A stretch of DNA of 64,000 nucleotides, taken from Bacteroidota bacterium (lineage in GTDB: Bacteria > Bacteroidota > Bacteroidia > Flavobacteriales > Flavobacteriaceae). Under the pieces are notes generated by a model. The model was not told where the DNA came from, made no database searches, and saw nothing but the letters and a program-made list of their open reading frames with translations. Every line of letters starts with the position of its first letter. The stretch's first letter is position 1. The stretch spans positions 41,916 through 105,915 of the forward strand of contig JBJONL010000058.1 in the NCBI GenBank assembly GCA_046051865.1, given 5' to 3'. Of this stretch, positions 31,273-40,185 are shown in pieces. Both the position numbers and the translations under genes were made by a program.

Positions 31273-31512
31273 ATGACAAACGAAGAATTGACTTTAAACG
31301 TACAGAAAGCATTAGACGAAATCAGACCTTTTCTAAATTCAGATGGAGGCGACATCAGTTTAGTTTCGATTGAGGAGGATAAACATGTTAAAGTACGACT
31401 AGAAGGCGCTTGCACGGGTTGTAATTTAAGCATAAGCACCATGAAAGCCGGCGTGGAAACGACCATTAAGAAGTACGCTCCGCAAATCGAAACCGTGGAG
31501 AATATTGCCTAA
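31273..31512 (+). CDS. NifU/NfuA C-terminal domain protein
   Basis: IRPFLNSDGGD, GACTGC. Confidence 0.92.
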   Translation: MTNEELTLNVQKALDEIRPFLNSDGGDISLVSIEEDKHVKVRLEGACTGCNLSISTMKAGVETTIKKYAPQIETVENIA

Positions 31513-31598
31513 ACCTTAAATGATAAAAATCATAGTATTTCATTTGGAGTGTGGTAACCTTTGTTGCCGATTACTTCGAAATAATGCCAGATAACAAA

Positions 31599-32651
31599 AT
31601 GATTGAAACAGATATACTGATTATCGGTGCCGGACCTACCGGACTATTCGCTGTGTTTGAAGCCGGATTGTTAAAATTAAAATGCCATCTAATTGATGCT
31701 TTACCCCAAATTGGAGGCCAATTGGCCGAACTCTACCCTAAGAAACCCATCTATGATATTCCGGGGTACCCTGAGGTGTTAGCCGGAGACTTGGTTAGCA
31801 ATCTAATGGAACAAATCAAACAGTTCCAACCTGGTTTTACCTTGGCCGAAACCGCTGAAACGATTGATAAATTAGAAGACGGAACGTTTATTGTAACGAC
31901 TAATAAAGGGACAAAACACCATGCTAAAGCGGTAGCCATAGCAGGTGGTTTAGGGACCTTTGAGCCCAGAAAACCCGACCTAGAGAACCTTTCCTTCTAT
32001 GAAGAAAAAGGAATAGAATATTTTGTGAAGGATCCTGAACTATTCAGAGACAAGAAAATTGTAATTGCGGGTGGGGGCGACTCTGCACTGGATTGGAGTA
32101 TTTTCCTAGCCGATGTCGCGTCGGAAGTAACGTTAATCCACCGAAGAAACGAATTCCGTGGAGCCCTAGATTCGGTTGAAAAATTACAAGAATATAAAAA
32201 ATTAGGCTTAGTAAATCTAATTACGCCTGCCGAAGTAACAAAGCTACACGGCGATACACATCTAAACGGAATCTCCATCAATAGAGACGGGCAAGAAGAG
32301 TTATTGGAAGTTGATTATTTCATTCCGCTTTTCGGTTTAACACCGAAACTAGGGGCTATAGCCAACTGGGGTCTAGAAATCGAAAAGAACGCCATCAAAG
32401 TAAATAATGCGTTGGATTACCAAACGAATATTGACGGCATATACGCCATCGGAGACGTAAACATTTATCCAGGCAAATTGAAATTAATCTTGTGCGGGTT
32501 CCATGAAGCAACTCTTATGTGCCAAAGTGTATACAACCGCATTAATCCCGGAAAAAAATATGTGCTAAAATACACAACCGTATCAGGAGTGGACGGTTTC
32601 GACGGTACCCGTAAAGAAGCCGAAAAAGCCGTAGTGAAAGCAATCGAATAA
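31599..32651 (+). CDS. Ferredoxin--NADP reductase (TrxR-type)
   Basis: IIGAGPTG, YPKKPIYDIPG, GGGDSALDW, HRR, YPGKLKLI; an alternative start at 31584 is possible. Confidence 0.9.
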   Translation: MIETDILIIGAGPTGLFAVFEAGLLKLKCHLIDALPQIGGQLAELYPKKPIYDIPGYPEVLAGDLVSNLMEQIKQFQPGFTLAETAETIDKLEDGTFIVTTNKGTKHHAKAVAIAGGLGTFEPRKPDLENLSFYEEKGIEYFVKDPELFRDKKIVIAGGGDSALDWSIFLADVASEVTLIHRRNEFRGALDSVEKLQEYKKLGLVNLITPAEVTKLHGDTHLNGISINRDGQEELLEVDYFIPLFGLTPKLGAIANWGLEIEKNAIKVNNALDYQTNIDGIYAIGDVNIYPGKLKLILCGFHEATLMCQSVYNRINPGKKYVLKYTTVSGVDGFDGTRKEAEKAVVKAIE

Positions 32652-32652
32652 T

Positions 32653-32985
32653 ATGGCACAAGATATTACGTTACATATAACCGATAGGGAAGGGGTAACC
32701 CACGAAGTTCAGGCGCCAACCGACATGAACATGAGCATCATGGAAGTCGTAAGAGCCTACGAATTAGCCCCCGAAGGGACTATTGGAATCTGCGGCGGTA
32801 TGGCCATGTGCGCCTCGTGCCAATGCTACGTGCTAAACGATGTCCCACTGCCCGAAAAAGGTCCAGACGAAGAAGCCATGCTATGGGATGCCAATCACGT
32901 CAAAGAAAACAGCCGGTTAGGATGCCAAATTCCAATCACCGAAGCCATAGAGGGTCTAGCTATTGAATTAGCTCCCGAATTGTAA
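32653..32985 (+). CDS. 2Fe-2S ferredoxin
   Basis: CGGMAMCASC...SRLGCQ. Confidence 0.94.
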   Translation: MAQDITLHITDREGVTHEVQAPTDMNMSIMEVVRAYELAPEGTIGICGGMAMCASCQCYVLNDVPLPEKGPDEEAMLWDANHVKENSRLGCQIPITEAIEGLAIELAPEL

Positions 32986-33019
32986 TAAAAAGGGCGAGTA
33001 GTAATGCTCGCCCTTTTTT
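32986..33019 (+). terminator. Terminator after ferredoxin
   Basis: aaaaagggcgag-tagtaatg-ctcgcccttttt. Confidence 0.85.
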
Positions 33020-33170
33020 ATTCTACTTACGATCAGTCGTTCTAACTTAGTCATAAATTGGAAGGCCTTTTACGCTATTTTTCAGTCGGTTTTCAATACA
33101 TTTGTTTTCAGGTTTGTTTTTCGAAATAGTTAAACAAATAGCACTCTTGCGTTAACTTAATTTTAAAACG

Positions 33171-33560
33171 ATGTTTAAAAAACTTATTGCTTTAACTTTT
33201 ATTCTTGTTCTAAGCTTGACTTCTTGTTCGCATGAGGAAGGATATGGCGGCTTAGCGACCATTAAAGGAAAAGTGTATGGTCAGAATTACAATTCAAGTG
33301 GGACCCTAGTAAACCAAGGATACATCGGAGGGATGAAAGTATACATCAGCAAACACGGGAACCCAAATTACTTCGACAGTATGGATTCTGCCTATGATGG
33401 CACATTCAAGTTTGATTATTTGTATACGGGTACCTATGATATTTGGGTTTTCGGGGATTGTGATTATTGCAGCTGGGACCAAATCTATGTCCTAAAAACC
33501 ATTGAAGTCAATTCTAAAAAGGCTACTGTAGAAACCGAGGATTTTGTAGTTTCATTTTAA
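33171..33560 (+). CDS. Small lipoprotein (prealbumin/carboxypeptidase-regulatory-like beta sandwich)
   Basis: Lipobox LTSC, TIKGKV, DGTFKFDYL..GTY, CDYC; TACATTTG -7 box at 33097. Confidence 0.8.
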   Translation: MFKKLIALTFILVLSLTSCSHEEGYGGLATIKGKVYGQNYNSSGTLVNQGYIGGMKVYISKHGNPNYFDSMDSAYDGTFKFDYLYTGTYDIWVFGDCDYCSWDQIYVLKTIEVNSKKATVETEDFVVSF

Positions 33561-33572
33561 TAAATCCTTTTC

Positions 33573-34307
33573 ATGCTGCACCTTATTGAATCTATGAACA
33601 CCGTCTCCTTGGCCGAGCTTGACCAAGTGGCCTTGCAGAACCGCATAGACAATAAATACGTGCTTACCGCTGAACAACTAAGCGCTGTACTTCCGCTAAT
33701 AAATCGTCATTATAAAGTTTTAGAGATAGACGGTTGTAAAATCTTCAGCTATGAGAACAACTATTTTGACACCAAGGATTTACAGTTTTACTATGATCAT
33801 CACAATGGCTATGGGAATCGCTTAAAAGTGCGAGGGAGAAAATACAAAGAAACCGATACTAGTTTTTTTGAAATAAAGAGGAAGGAAAAGATTGACCGTA
33901 CGGCCAAAACAAGAGAACGAACAACCAACCTTATTTCTGAAATTGATGAGGCTAAAAAAAAGACCATTCAAAGCTTTTCAAGAAAGCATATAGCCGATTT
34001 AGAAATAATACTCAACAATAAATTTAACCGCATCACTTTTGTGAATACCGAACAATCAGAACGGATGACGTTAGATTTTAATATTCAATATTCGGATGGT
34101 GCACAGGAGAAGACCTTTTCTGATTTTTATGTACTCGAAATCAAACAGCCTAAATCAAACGGGCGTTCCATCATTTCCGATGCTTTGAAGAAAAGCAACA
34201 TACGTGAACAAAGTTTTAGCAAATACATTTTTGGCATTATTGCACTGAAAGAACATATTAGAAAGAATAACTTTTTACCCCTAATCAAAAAAATAAATAA
34301 TTTATAA
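33573..34307 (+). CDS. VTC (polyphosphate polymerase) domain protein, CYTH/TTM superfamily
   Basis: RIDNKY, YENNYFDT, RLKVRGRKY, FFEIKRK, RMTLD, VLEIK, FSKY. Confidence 0.88.
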   Translation: MLHLIESMNTVSLAELDQVALQNRIDNKYVLTAEQLSAVLPLINRHYKVLEIDGCKIFSYENNYFDTKDLQFYYDHHNGYGNRLKVRGRKYKETDTSFFEIKRKEKIDRTAKTRERTTNLISEIDEAKKKTIQSFSRKHIADLEIILNNKFNRITFVNTEQSERMTLDFNIQYSDGAQEKTFSDFYVLEIKQPKSNGRSIISDALKKSNIREQSFSKYIFGIIALKEHIRKNNFLPLIKKINNL

Positions 34308-34310
34308 TTA

Positions 34311-34949
34311 ATGGAAATCGAAGAAAATACCAACGCCATTTTTAATAGCCACGAATTCGGCATTCGAACCGCAATCGATCTGCTTGCCATAATACTATTA
34401 GTAGGTCTTATTTACTACCCCAAGCATAGAAACAAAGATTTTGTTTTCACCTTTGTGCTGTTTAATGTCATCAACTTTATGATTTGCTTCCTTTTAGGTT
34501 CCGCCAAAATCAAAATGGGCTTTGCCTTTGGATTATTTGCCATCTTTTCCATCATTAAATACCGAACCATCGTAGTCTCCATAAAAGATATGGGCTATTT
34601 CTTTGTATGTGTAGCGTTAGGAATGCTTAATTCATTGGCTAATTCCAATGACAACTATACCGTCATCATCATCTGTAACCTGGTCATATTAACCATGACG
34701 TTCTTGTTAGACCGCCTCGATTTTATCAACAATGAAAATGTGAAAGAAATCATTTATGATAATGTGCAACTCATAAAACCCGATCAAAGAGAGGAATTGA
34801 TTGCCGACCTAAAAGAAAGAACTGGCCTTGAAATTCATAAAGTCGAAATAGTCTCCATAAATTACCTAAAAGATACGGTGTTATTAAAAGCATTTTACTA
34901 TGCAAAGGAAAGCCAAAGCTCTTTGCCAACGATTTCTGATAACGATTAA
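34311..34949 (+). CDS. DUF4956 membrane protein
   Basis: About four TMs, GFAFGLFAIFSIIKYRT..SIKDMGYFF, C-terminal ELIADLKERTG. Confidence 0.88.
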   Translation: MEIEENTNAIFNSHEFGIRTAIDLLAIILLVGLIYYPKHRNKDFVFTFVLFNVINFMICFLLGSAKIKMGFAFGLFAIFSIIKYRTIVVSIKDMGYFFVCVALGMLNSLANSNDNYTVIIICNLVILTMTFLLDRLDFINNENVKEIIYDNVQLIKPDQREELIADLKERTGLEIHKVEIVSINYLKDTVLLKAFYYAKESQSSLPTISDND

Positions 34950-34951
34950 GA

Positions 34952-35725
34952 ATGGCGTTAAGGAAAACCAGACATCAATTAATAGGGCTCGTAGTAATGC
35001 TCTTTTCCATAGCAACCTACGGACAACTCGCTCCTAAGGAGGATTTTTCATCTTGGGGTTGGATTCAAATAGAAAAGCAAACCTTCAAACATCAATATGT
35101 GAGCCTGCAATATCAAGTAAGGTACGATAATTATGGATTCACCTTTGACCGCAGCAACTTTTACTTAGGCTATGGCATCGATTATTTTAAAAAATTCAAT
35201 ACCGAAGTCGTATATCAATACAGCACCAGCTATAAAAAAGACGAACATACCTTTTTTGTGGGAACGACCTATAAAACCAAACTGTTCAAAAAAACAGCTC
35301 TTTTTTTTAGAACGGCGGTTCAACATACCCAAAACTATTTCACGGGAGATCCCATAGCCGATAAACCGCTAACCGAATGGAGAAACCGCGTCCGGTTGTC
35401 GTATAGTTTCAATAAGCAGTATTCCGCAACCGTATCAGCCGAACCGTATTTGGCTTTTGATCGAATCCATCCTGGTCACCTTAGTAGAATACGTTATGTG
35501 AGCCAACTCAATTATAGATACAACAAGTACCATAACTTGTCCCTTTTCTATTTAGTAGAACCTGATGTGATTACCTATAAAACACCTAAGACCGATTTTG
35601 TTATCGGACTCACTTATAGCATAAAACTGCCCAATAAGTGGAAAGATTTTAAGAAATTCTATAAGCCGTCCAATCCCGATAAAGATAAAGATAAGGAAAA
35701 CGATACCAAAGATTCTTTTAATTAG
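34952..35725 (+). CDS. DUF2490 outer-membrane beta-barrel protein
   Basis: Signal peptide, DFSSW, alternating aromatic beta-strands, WRNRVRLSY, EPY, RIRY. Confidence 0.75.
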   Translation: MALRKTRHQLIGLVVMLFSIATYGQLAPKEDFSSWGWIQIEKQTFKHQYVSLQYQVRYDNYGFTFDRSNFYLGYGIDYFKKFNTEVVYQYSTSYKKDEHTFFVGTTYKTKLFKKTALFFRTAVQHTQNYFTGDPIADKPLTEWRNRVRLSYSFNKQYSATVSAEPYLAFDRIHPGHLSRIRYVSQLNYRYNKYHNLSLFYLVEPDVITYKTPKTDFVIGLTYSIKLPNKWKDFKKFYKPSNPDKDKDKENDTKDSFN

Positions 35726-36506
35726 CCAACAAGGCCGCTTCTGTAGTAATCATCGCTTCAATAGCATCCCATAACCCTATTCTTTTTTCCAAAGCTTCTA
35801 TAGAGACCTCTTCAACGGCAGCCCACTTTTGAGCGTCGTCTTGACATAGCTCTGCAATCATTTGCATTGCCATGGGTCCGTGCTCATCGGCATCGAGTTC
35901 AATGTGTCTTTCGAAGTAATAAATCAGTTTTGATAAATCAGTATCAGGAAAATTTTGTTGGAAGTTTTTTAAGATTTCGGTGAACATACTCGGAATCAAA
36001 TCTTCTCTTCCAAACGTAAAAGCAGCCGCGATTTTGTGGGTTTTACCCTCTTCAATAATCCTAAAGGTAAAGTCAAGAAAGTTCTTGATATTTGGATGTA
36101 ACTCACTTTGCTTAATAGCGATAAATACATTTTTAGTTACAAGGACATTTTCTAAAAAGGCTTCTAATTCAGCCGTTTGTGCCCCACAACTTTGCATCGC
36201 CTCTACATACATCTCGAAATGACTTAGTCGCTTTCCGTCTAAAGTCAAATCACTCTCTTCAGCCAATACAATCTCATTAATCAAATACCTAGTCTCCGGA
36301 TTCACAGAAGCAAACCAGGGAGTCGTAGTACATGTTAATTTGCTTTGAAGGGCTTTCAATAAAGACATAAAATCCCATACCGCATAAACATGTCCTTCAA
36401 GAAAGGTGTGCAAATCATCCATGGTTTTTACTTTTTCGTAAAGAGGATGTTGCCAAAGTTTTTCTTTTTGCGTTTGTATTTTTTGGTTTATAGTAGCAAT
36501 AGTCAT
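35718..36506 (-). CDS. DUF3050 heme-oxygenase-like protein
   Basis: HVYAVWDFMSLLKALQ, INEIVLAEESD, SHFEMY, FGRE, RHIELDADEHGP; start set to MTIATINQ. Confidence 0.88.
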   Translation of the reverse strand: MTIATINQKIQTQKEKLWQHPLYEKVKTMDDLHTFLEGHVYAVWDFMSLLKALQSKLTCTTTPWFASVNPETRYLINEIVLAEESDLTLDGKRLSHFEMYVEAMQSCGAQTAELEAFLENVLVTKNVFIAIKQSELHPNIKNFLDFTFRIIEEGKTHKIAAAFTFGREDLIPSMFTEILKNFQQNFPDTDLSKLIYYFERHIELDADEHGPMAMQMIAELCQDDAQKWAAVEEVSIEALEKRIGLWDAIEAMITTEAALLAN

Positions 36507-36631
36507 AGTGTTTTTTTTGAGATTGTTGAGTAGGCTAGACCAACTAAGGTTTGCCGAACACCACAAAAATAAAAATGCTTCTCTGAATAAAGAAGCATTT
36601 TATATCAATTTTATTTATTGTTTAATCTATT

Positions 36632-37810
36632 TTATTTAAAAGCAGGAATGCCAGTAATATCAGCACCCGTAATCAATAAGTGAATGTCATGAGTTCCTTC
36701 ATAAGTAATCACACTCTCTAAATTCATACTATGACGCATAATAGAATATTCCCCCGTAATTCCCATACCTCCTAGAATTTGACGAGCCTCACGTGCGATA
36801 TGAATCGCCATGTCCACATTGTTTCTTTTAGCCATCGAAATTTGAGCAGTAGTCGCTTTTCCTTCATTTCGTAAAACGCCTAAGCGCCAAGTCAATAATT
36901 GCGCTTTAGTAATTTCCGTAATCATTTCCGCTAATTTCTTTTGTTGCAATTGGGTTCCAGCAATCGGTTTGTCAAATTGTATACGCTCTTTAGCATAACG
37001 CAAAGCCGTATCATAACAATCCATAGCAGCACCAATAGCGCCCCATGCAATACCGTAACGAGCCGAATCCAAACACATCATAGGAGCACCCAAACCTGAT
37101 TTTCCAGGCATTAAGTTTTCTTTCGGTACTTTTACATTGTCAAAAATCAACTCTCCAGTGGCAGAAGCACGTAACGACCATTTGTTGTGCGTTTCCGGAG
37201 TGGTAAACCCTTCCATACCGCGCTCCACGATTAAACCGTGGATGCGACCTTCTTCGTTTTTCGCCCATACCACCGCCACATCGGCAAATGGTGCATTCGA
37301 AATCCACATTTTGGCCCCATTTAAAAGATAATGATCGCCCATATCTTTAAAATTAGTAGTCATGCCTGAAGGATTCGAACCATGATCAGGTTCCGTCAAT
37401 CCAAAACAACCCATGAATTCTCCGGTAGCCAATTTGGGTAAATATTTTTGACGTTGTTCTTCCGTTCCAAATTTCCAAATAGGATACATCACCAACGATG
37501 ATTGTACCGACGAGGTAGAACGAACACCCGAATCACCACGCTCAATTTCTTGCATGATCAAGCCATAAGATATTTGATCTAATCCGGCTCCACCATATTC
37601 TTCTGGGATGTAAGGGCCAAATCCACCAATCTCTCCTAATCCTTTAATGATTTGTTTAGGAAACTCAGCACGTTGTGCATAGTCTTCAATAATTGGGGAA
37701 ACTTCACGTTTCACCCAGGCACGAGCCGAATCTCGAACTAATTTATGCTCTTCAGTAAGCAAATCGTCTAATAAATAGTAATCAGGAGCTTGAAATAAAT
37801 CTGGTTTCAT
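36632..37810 (-). CDS. gcdH: Acyl-CoA dehydrogenase (glutaryl-CoA dehydrogenase-like)
   Basis: CFGLTEPDHGSNP, KWSLRASATG, ITYEGTHDIH. Confidence 0.85.
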   Translation of the reverse strand: MKPDLFQAPDYYLLDDLLTEEHKLVRDSARAWVKREVSPIIEDYAQRAEFPKQIIKGLGEIGGFGPYIPEEYGGAGLDQISYGLIMQEIERGDSGVRSTSSVQSSLVMYPIWKFGTEEQRQKYLPKLATGEFMGCFGLTEPDHGSNPSGMTTNFKDMGDHYLLNGAKMWISNAPFADVAVVWAKNEEGRIHGLIVERGMEGFTTPETHNKWSLRASATGELIFDNVKVPKENLMPGKSGLGAPMMCLDSARYGIAWGAIGAAMDCYDTALRYAKERIQFDKPIAGTQLQQKKLAEMITEITKAQLLTWRLGVLRNEGKATTAQISMAKRNNVDMAIHIAREARQILGGMGITGEYSIMRHSMNLESVITYEGTHDIHLLITGADITGIPAFK

Positions 37811-38044
37811 AATGTTGATTTTGGTTCACGAAAACGTTTGCAAATTTAGACAAACTATACGTTAGAAACAAATGAACAATTGTTATTTATTTAGAGGATT
37901 ATCGAGTTTGCTAACGCGCTTTTTTGCAATAGAACAGTGCTGCCTTAGCATGACAAAGGAATGCGGCCGGATGACAAATCGCAGAAGGAAAAGAAAATAG
38001 TACGATTAATTCACTACTTTTAAGCATCGATTTACCACTTTCAA

Positions 38045-38857
38045 ATGAGACTACTACTGTTACTGTTCTTATGCTGCCAGACGATGCAAGGGCAAACCCA
38101 AATTTCCCTAAAAGACAAAGCCACAAAGCTGCCCATCGCTTACGCCAACATATGGAAAGAAAAACAACTCTATAGATCTTCCGACTCCACAGGGGTTTTC
38201 AAAGTGGAGCAAGCAGACATAGGAATGGAATTCAAAATTACTTGCGTAGGCTACAACGATGCCGTCCTTAAAATGAGCGAAGTACTGACCCTCGAACCCA
38301 ATGCCATCGAACTAAACGAAGTCAAAGTTACCAAACGCAAATTCGAGAAAACAGTTAAATTAGGCAAAGCCAAAAGAGGAGATTCAGCATACGCTGTTCA
38401 GTACGATGCTAAAAACGGCATGAGTGCCAAGTTTTTTGAAAACACAAACAATACAACGTACATCAACACGGTCAAATTTTGTGCTTCTGCCAGTGAGAGA
38501 AACAGAATCATAAGTCTATTATTTTACACGGTAGGGGAGAATGGTCAACCCAAAGAAATTATAAATACCGAAACGATAATCGTAAAGATTAAAAAAGGAA
38601 CTCACGTGGCAGAAGTTGATGTGAGCAAACTCTCAATCGAATTCCCAAAAGAAGGGGTGTTTGTAGCAATCCAACATTTACTTCTAGAGCAAAACAAAGA
38701 ATACACAAAACCCTACCGTCCTAATGCGTTCTTCTATGAGCCTACCATAGCGGTTGACTTGACGAAAGAGTACAAAGATACTTGGTACTTCAAAGAAGAT
38801 ACATGGCATAAGAATAACGGGTTCTCGGTAAACATGCAAATAATCGGATCCGACTAA
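38045..38857 (+). CDS. Secreted carboxypeptidase-regulatory-like domain protein
   Basis: Signal peptide, LPIAYANI, ITCVGY, IELNEVKV. Confidence 0.75.
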   Translation: MRLLLLLFLCCQTMQGQTQISLKDKATKLPIAYANIWKEKQLYRSSDSTGVFKVEQADIGMEFKITCVGYNDAVLKMSEVLTLEPNAIELNEVKVTKRKFEKTVKLGKAKRGDSAYAVQYDAKNGMSAKFFENTNNTTYINTVKFCASASERNRIISLLFYTVGENGQPKEIINTETIIVKIKKGTHVAEVDVSKLSIEFPKEGVFVAIQHLLLEQNKEYTKPYRPNAFFYEPTIAVDLTKEYKDTWYFKEDTWHKNNGFSVNMQIIGSD

Positions 38858-38858
38858 C

Positions 38859-39566
38859 TTACATCTTCAAGTAAAAGTCTTGCGTCAAGGCAATGTAGTC
38901 CTCTGTATACTGATGGCGCGCGGTTTCGATAACTAACTCTTCAGCGGTCAGCGTACTAAGTTCATAACGCTTAAAGGCTAACAAACTTCTAATTATAGGA
39001 GTCTCGGGTGTCCCCTTAATTCGGGTAACGCGTACCGGAAACAATTCAAAGGTTGCGCATAAATCAATAAAGCGCTCTTCTTCTTTAAACGGAATAATAA
39101 CGGCAAATACCCCGTTTTCTGAAAGGAGCAAATCTGCTGCTTCTACCAAATCTTCAAAGGGCATCGCATCTTGAAAACGAGCCAAGTTCCGCTGTTCATG
39201 GGTAGTCTTAAAATCTTCACTGTAAAAAGGCGGATTAGATACGATAAGGTCATATTCGTCCTCAGGTTCCTCCATAAATTCATCCAAGCCCGCATGAAAA
39301 CAAAATAAACGGTCACTCCAAGGAGAGTTCTCAAAATTGTCCACAGCTTGCTCATATGCCTCTTCATCTATTTCAATCGCATCAATCTGCTCGGCCATAC
39401 TGCGTTGTGCTAACATTAAGGCAATAACACCCGTGCCTGTTCCTAAGTCCAATATTGAAAATGGTTTGTGGTTCACAGGGCACCAAGCGCCAAGCAATAC
39501 ACCGTCAGTACCGACTTTCATCGCACAACGATCTTGCGCTATACTAAACTGTTTGAATTGGAACAT
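38859..39566 (-). CDS. tRNA1(Val) A37 N6-methyltransferase (YfiC/TrmN6)
   Basis: FQFKQF, MKVGTDGVLLGAW, LDLGTGTG, SNPPF. Confidence 0.92.
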   Translation of the reverse strand: MFQFKQFSIAQDRCAMKVGTDGVLLGAWCPVNHKPFSILDLGTGTGVIALMLAQRSMAEQIDAIEIDEEAYEQAVDNFENSPWSDRLFCFHAGLDEFMEEPEDEYDLIVSNPPFYSEDFKTTHEQRNLARFQDAMPFEDLVEAADLLLSENGVFAVIIPFKEEERFIDLCATFELFPVRVTRIKGTPETPIIRSLLAFKRYELSTLTAEELVIETARHQYTEDYIALTQDFYLKM

Positions 39567-39605
39567 TTGAAATTAAAAGGAGCACAGCCAAGGGCTATAA
39601 GGTGT
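39565..39605. repeat. 41-bp dispersed hairpin element; second copy at 6346-6386 in the opposite orientation
   Basis: Identical 20-mer TGCTCCTTTTAATTTCAAAT plus a related ACCT...AGCC-nnn-GGCT hairpin. Confidence 0.75.
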
Positions 39606-39646
39606 TTAATAATTTATGGTAAAGGAAAGAGTGTATCGCTTTACTT

Positions 39647-40171
39647 TTACAAGTACATCTCGATTAAGCCTTCTGGCAAATCCATGATCACTTTTTTATT
39701 TTTACGGTCAATCTCTACTAGAAACTGGTCAATCATAGGAACCAAGATTTCGACTTCACCGTTAACTACTTCAAATAAAGGTTGCGCAGAAGCGTCATTA
39801 ATGGAAACAATCTTGCCAAAGACACCTAAACGCTTATCTTCGATTTCAAATCCAATAACTTCATGAAAATAAAATTGGTTGCCTTCCAGTTTTGGCAACA
39901 TCGATAAAGGAAGGTAAACAGCACAACCAATCAATTGGTCAGCTTCTTCTTCTGAATCGACATCTTCAAATTGTACCCGAAGAAAATCGTTTTTGTGCAA
40001 CGAACTGCTTTCAATAAAATATGGAACCAGATTTTTGTTGAATTCAACAAATACTGATTCCATATCTTCATATAATTCGGGCTCGTCCGTGTCTAAATAA
40101 ACCAAGACTTCCCCTTTGAAACTAAATTTTTTAGCAATTTTGCCTAAATAGAAACATTCGTCTTTACGCAT
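39647..40171 (-). CDS. rimM: Ribosome maturation factor RimM
   Basis: LGKIAKKFSFKGEV, FYFHEVIGF, DLPEGL; follows rpsP. Confidence 0.95.
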   Translation of the reverse strand: MRKDECFYLGKIAKKFSFKGEVLVYLDTDEPELYEDMESVFVEFNKNLVPYFIESSSLHKNDFLRVQFEDVDSEEEADQLIGCAVYLPLSMLPKLEGNQFYFHEVIGFEIEDKRLGVFGKIVSINDASAQPLFEVVNGEVEILVPMIDQFLVEIDRKNKKVIMDLPEGLIEMYL

Positions 40172-40185
40172 AATTGCTGGAAGGA

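Noticed and set aside
39468-39866. 132-aa ORF sharing LKLKGA with the Lrp uORF
   Set aside because: The similarity comes only from the 41-bp DNA element, and the ORF is antisense to rimM and the methyltransferase
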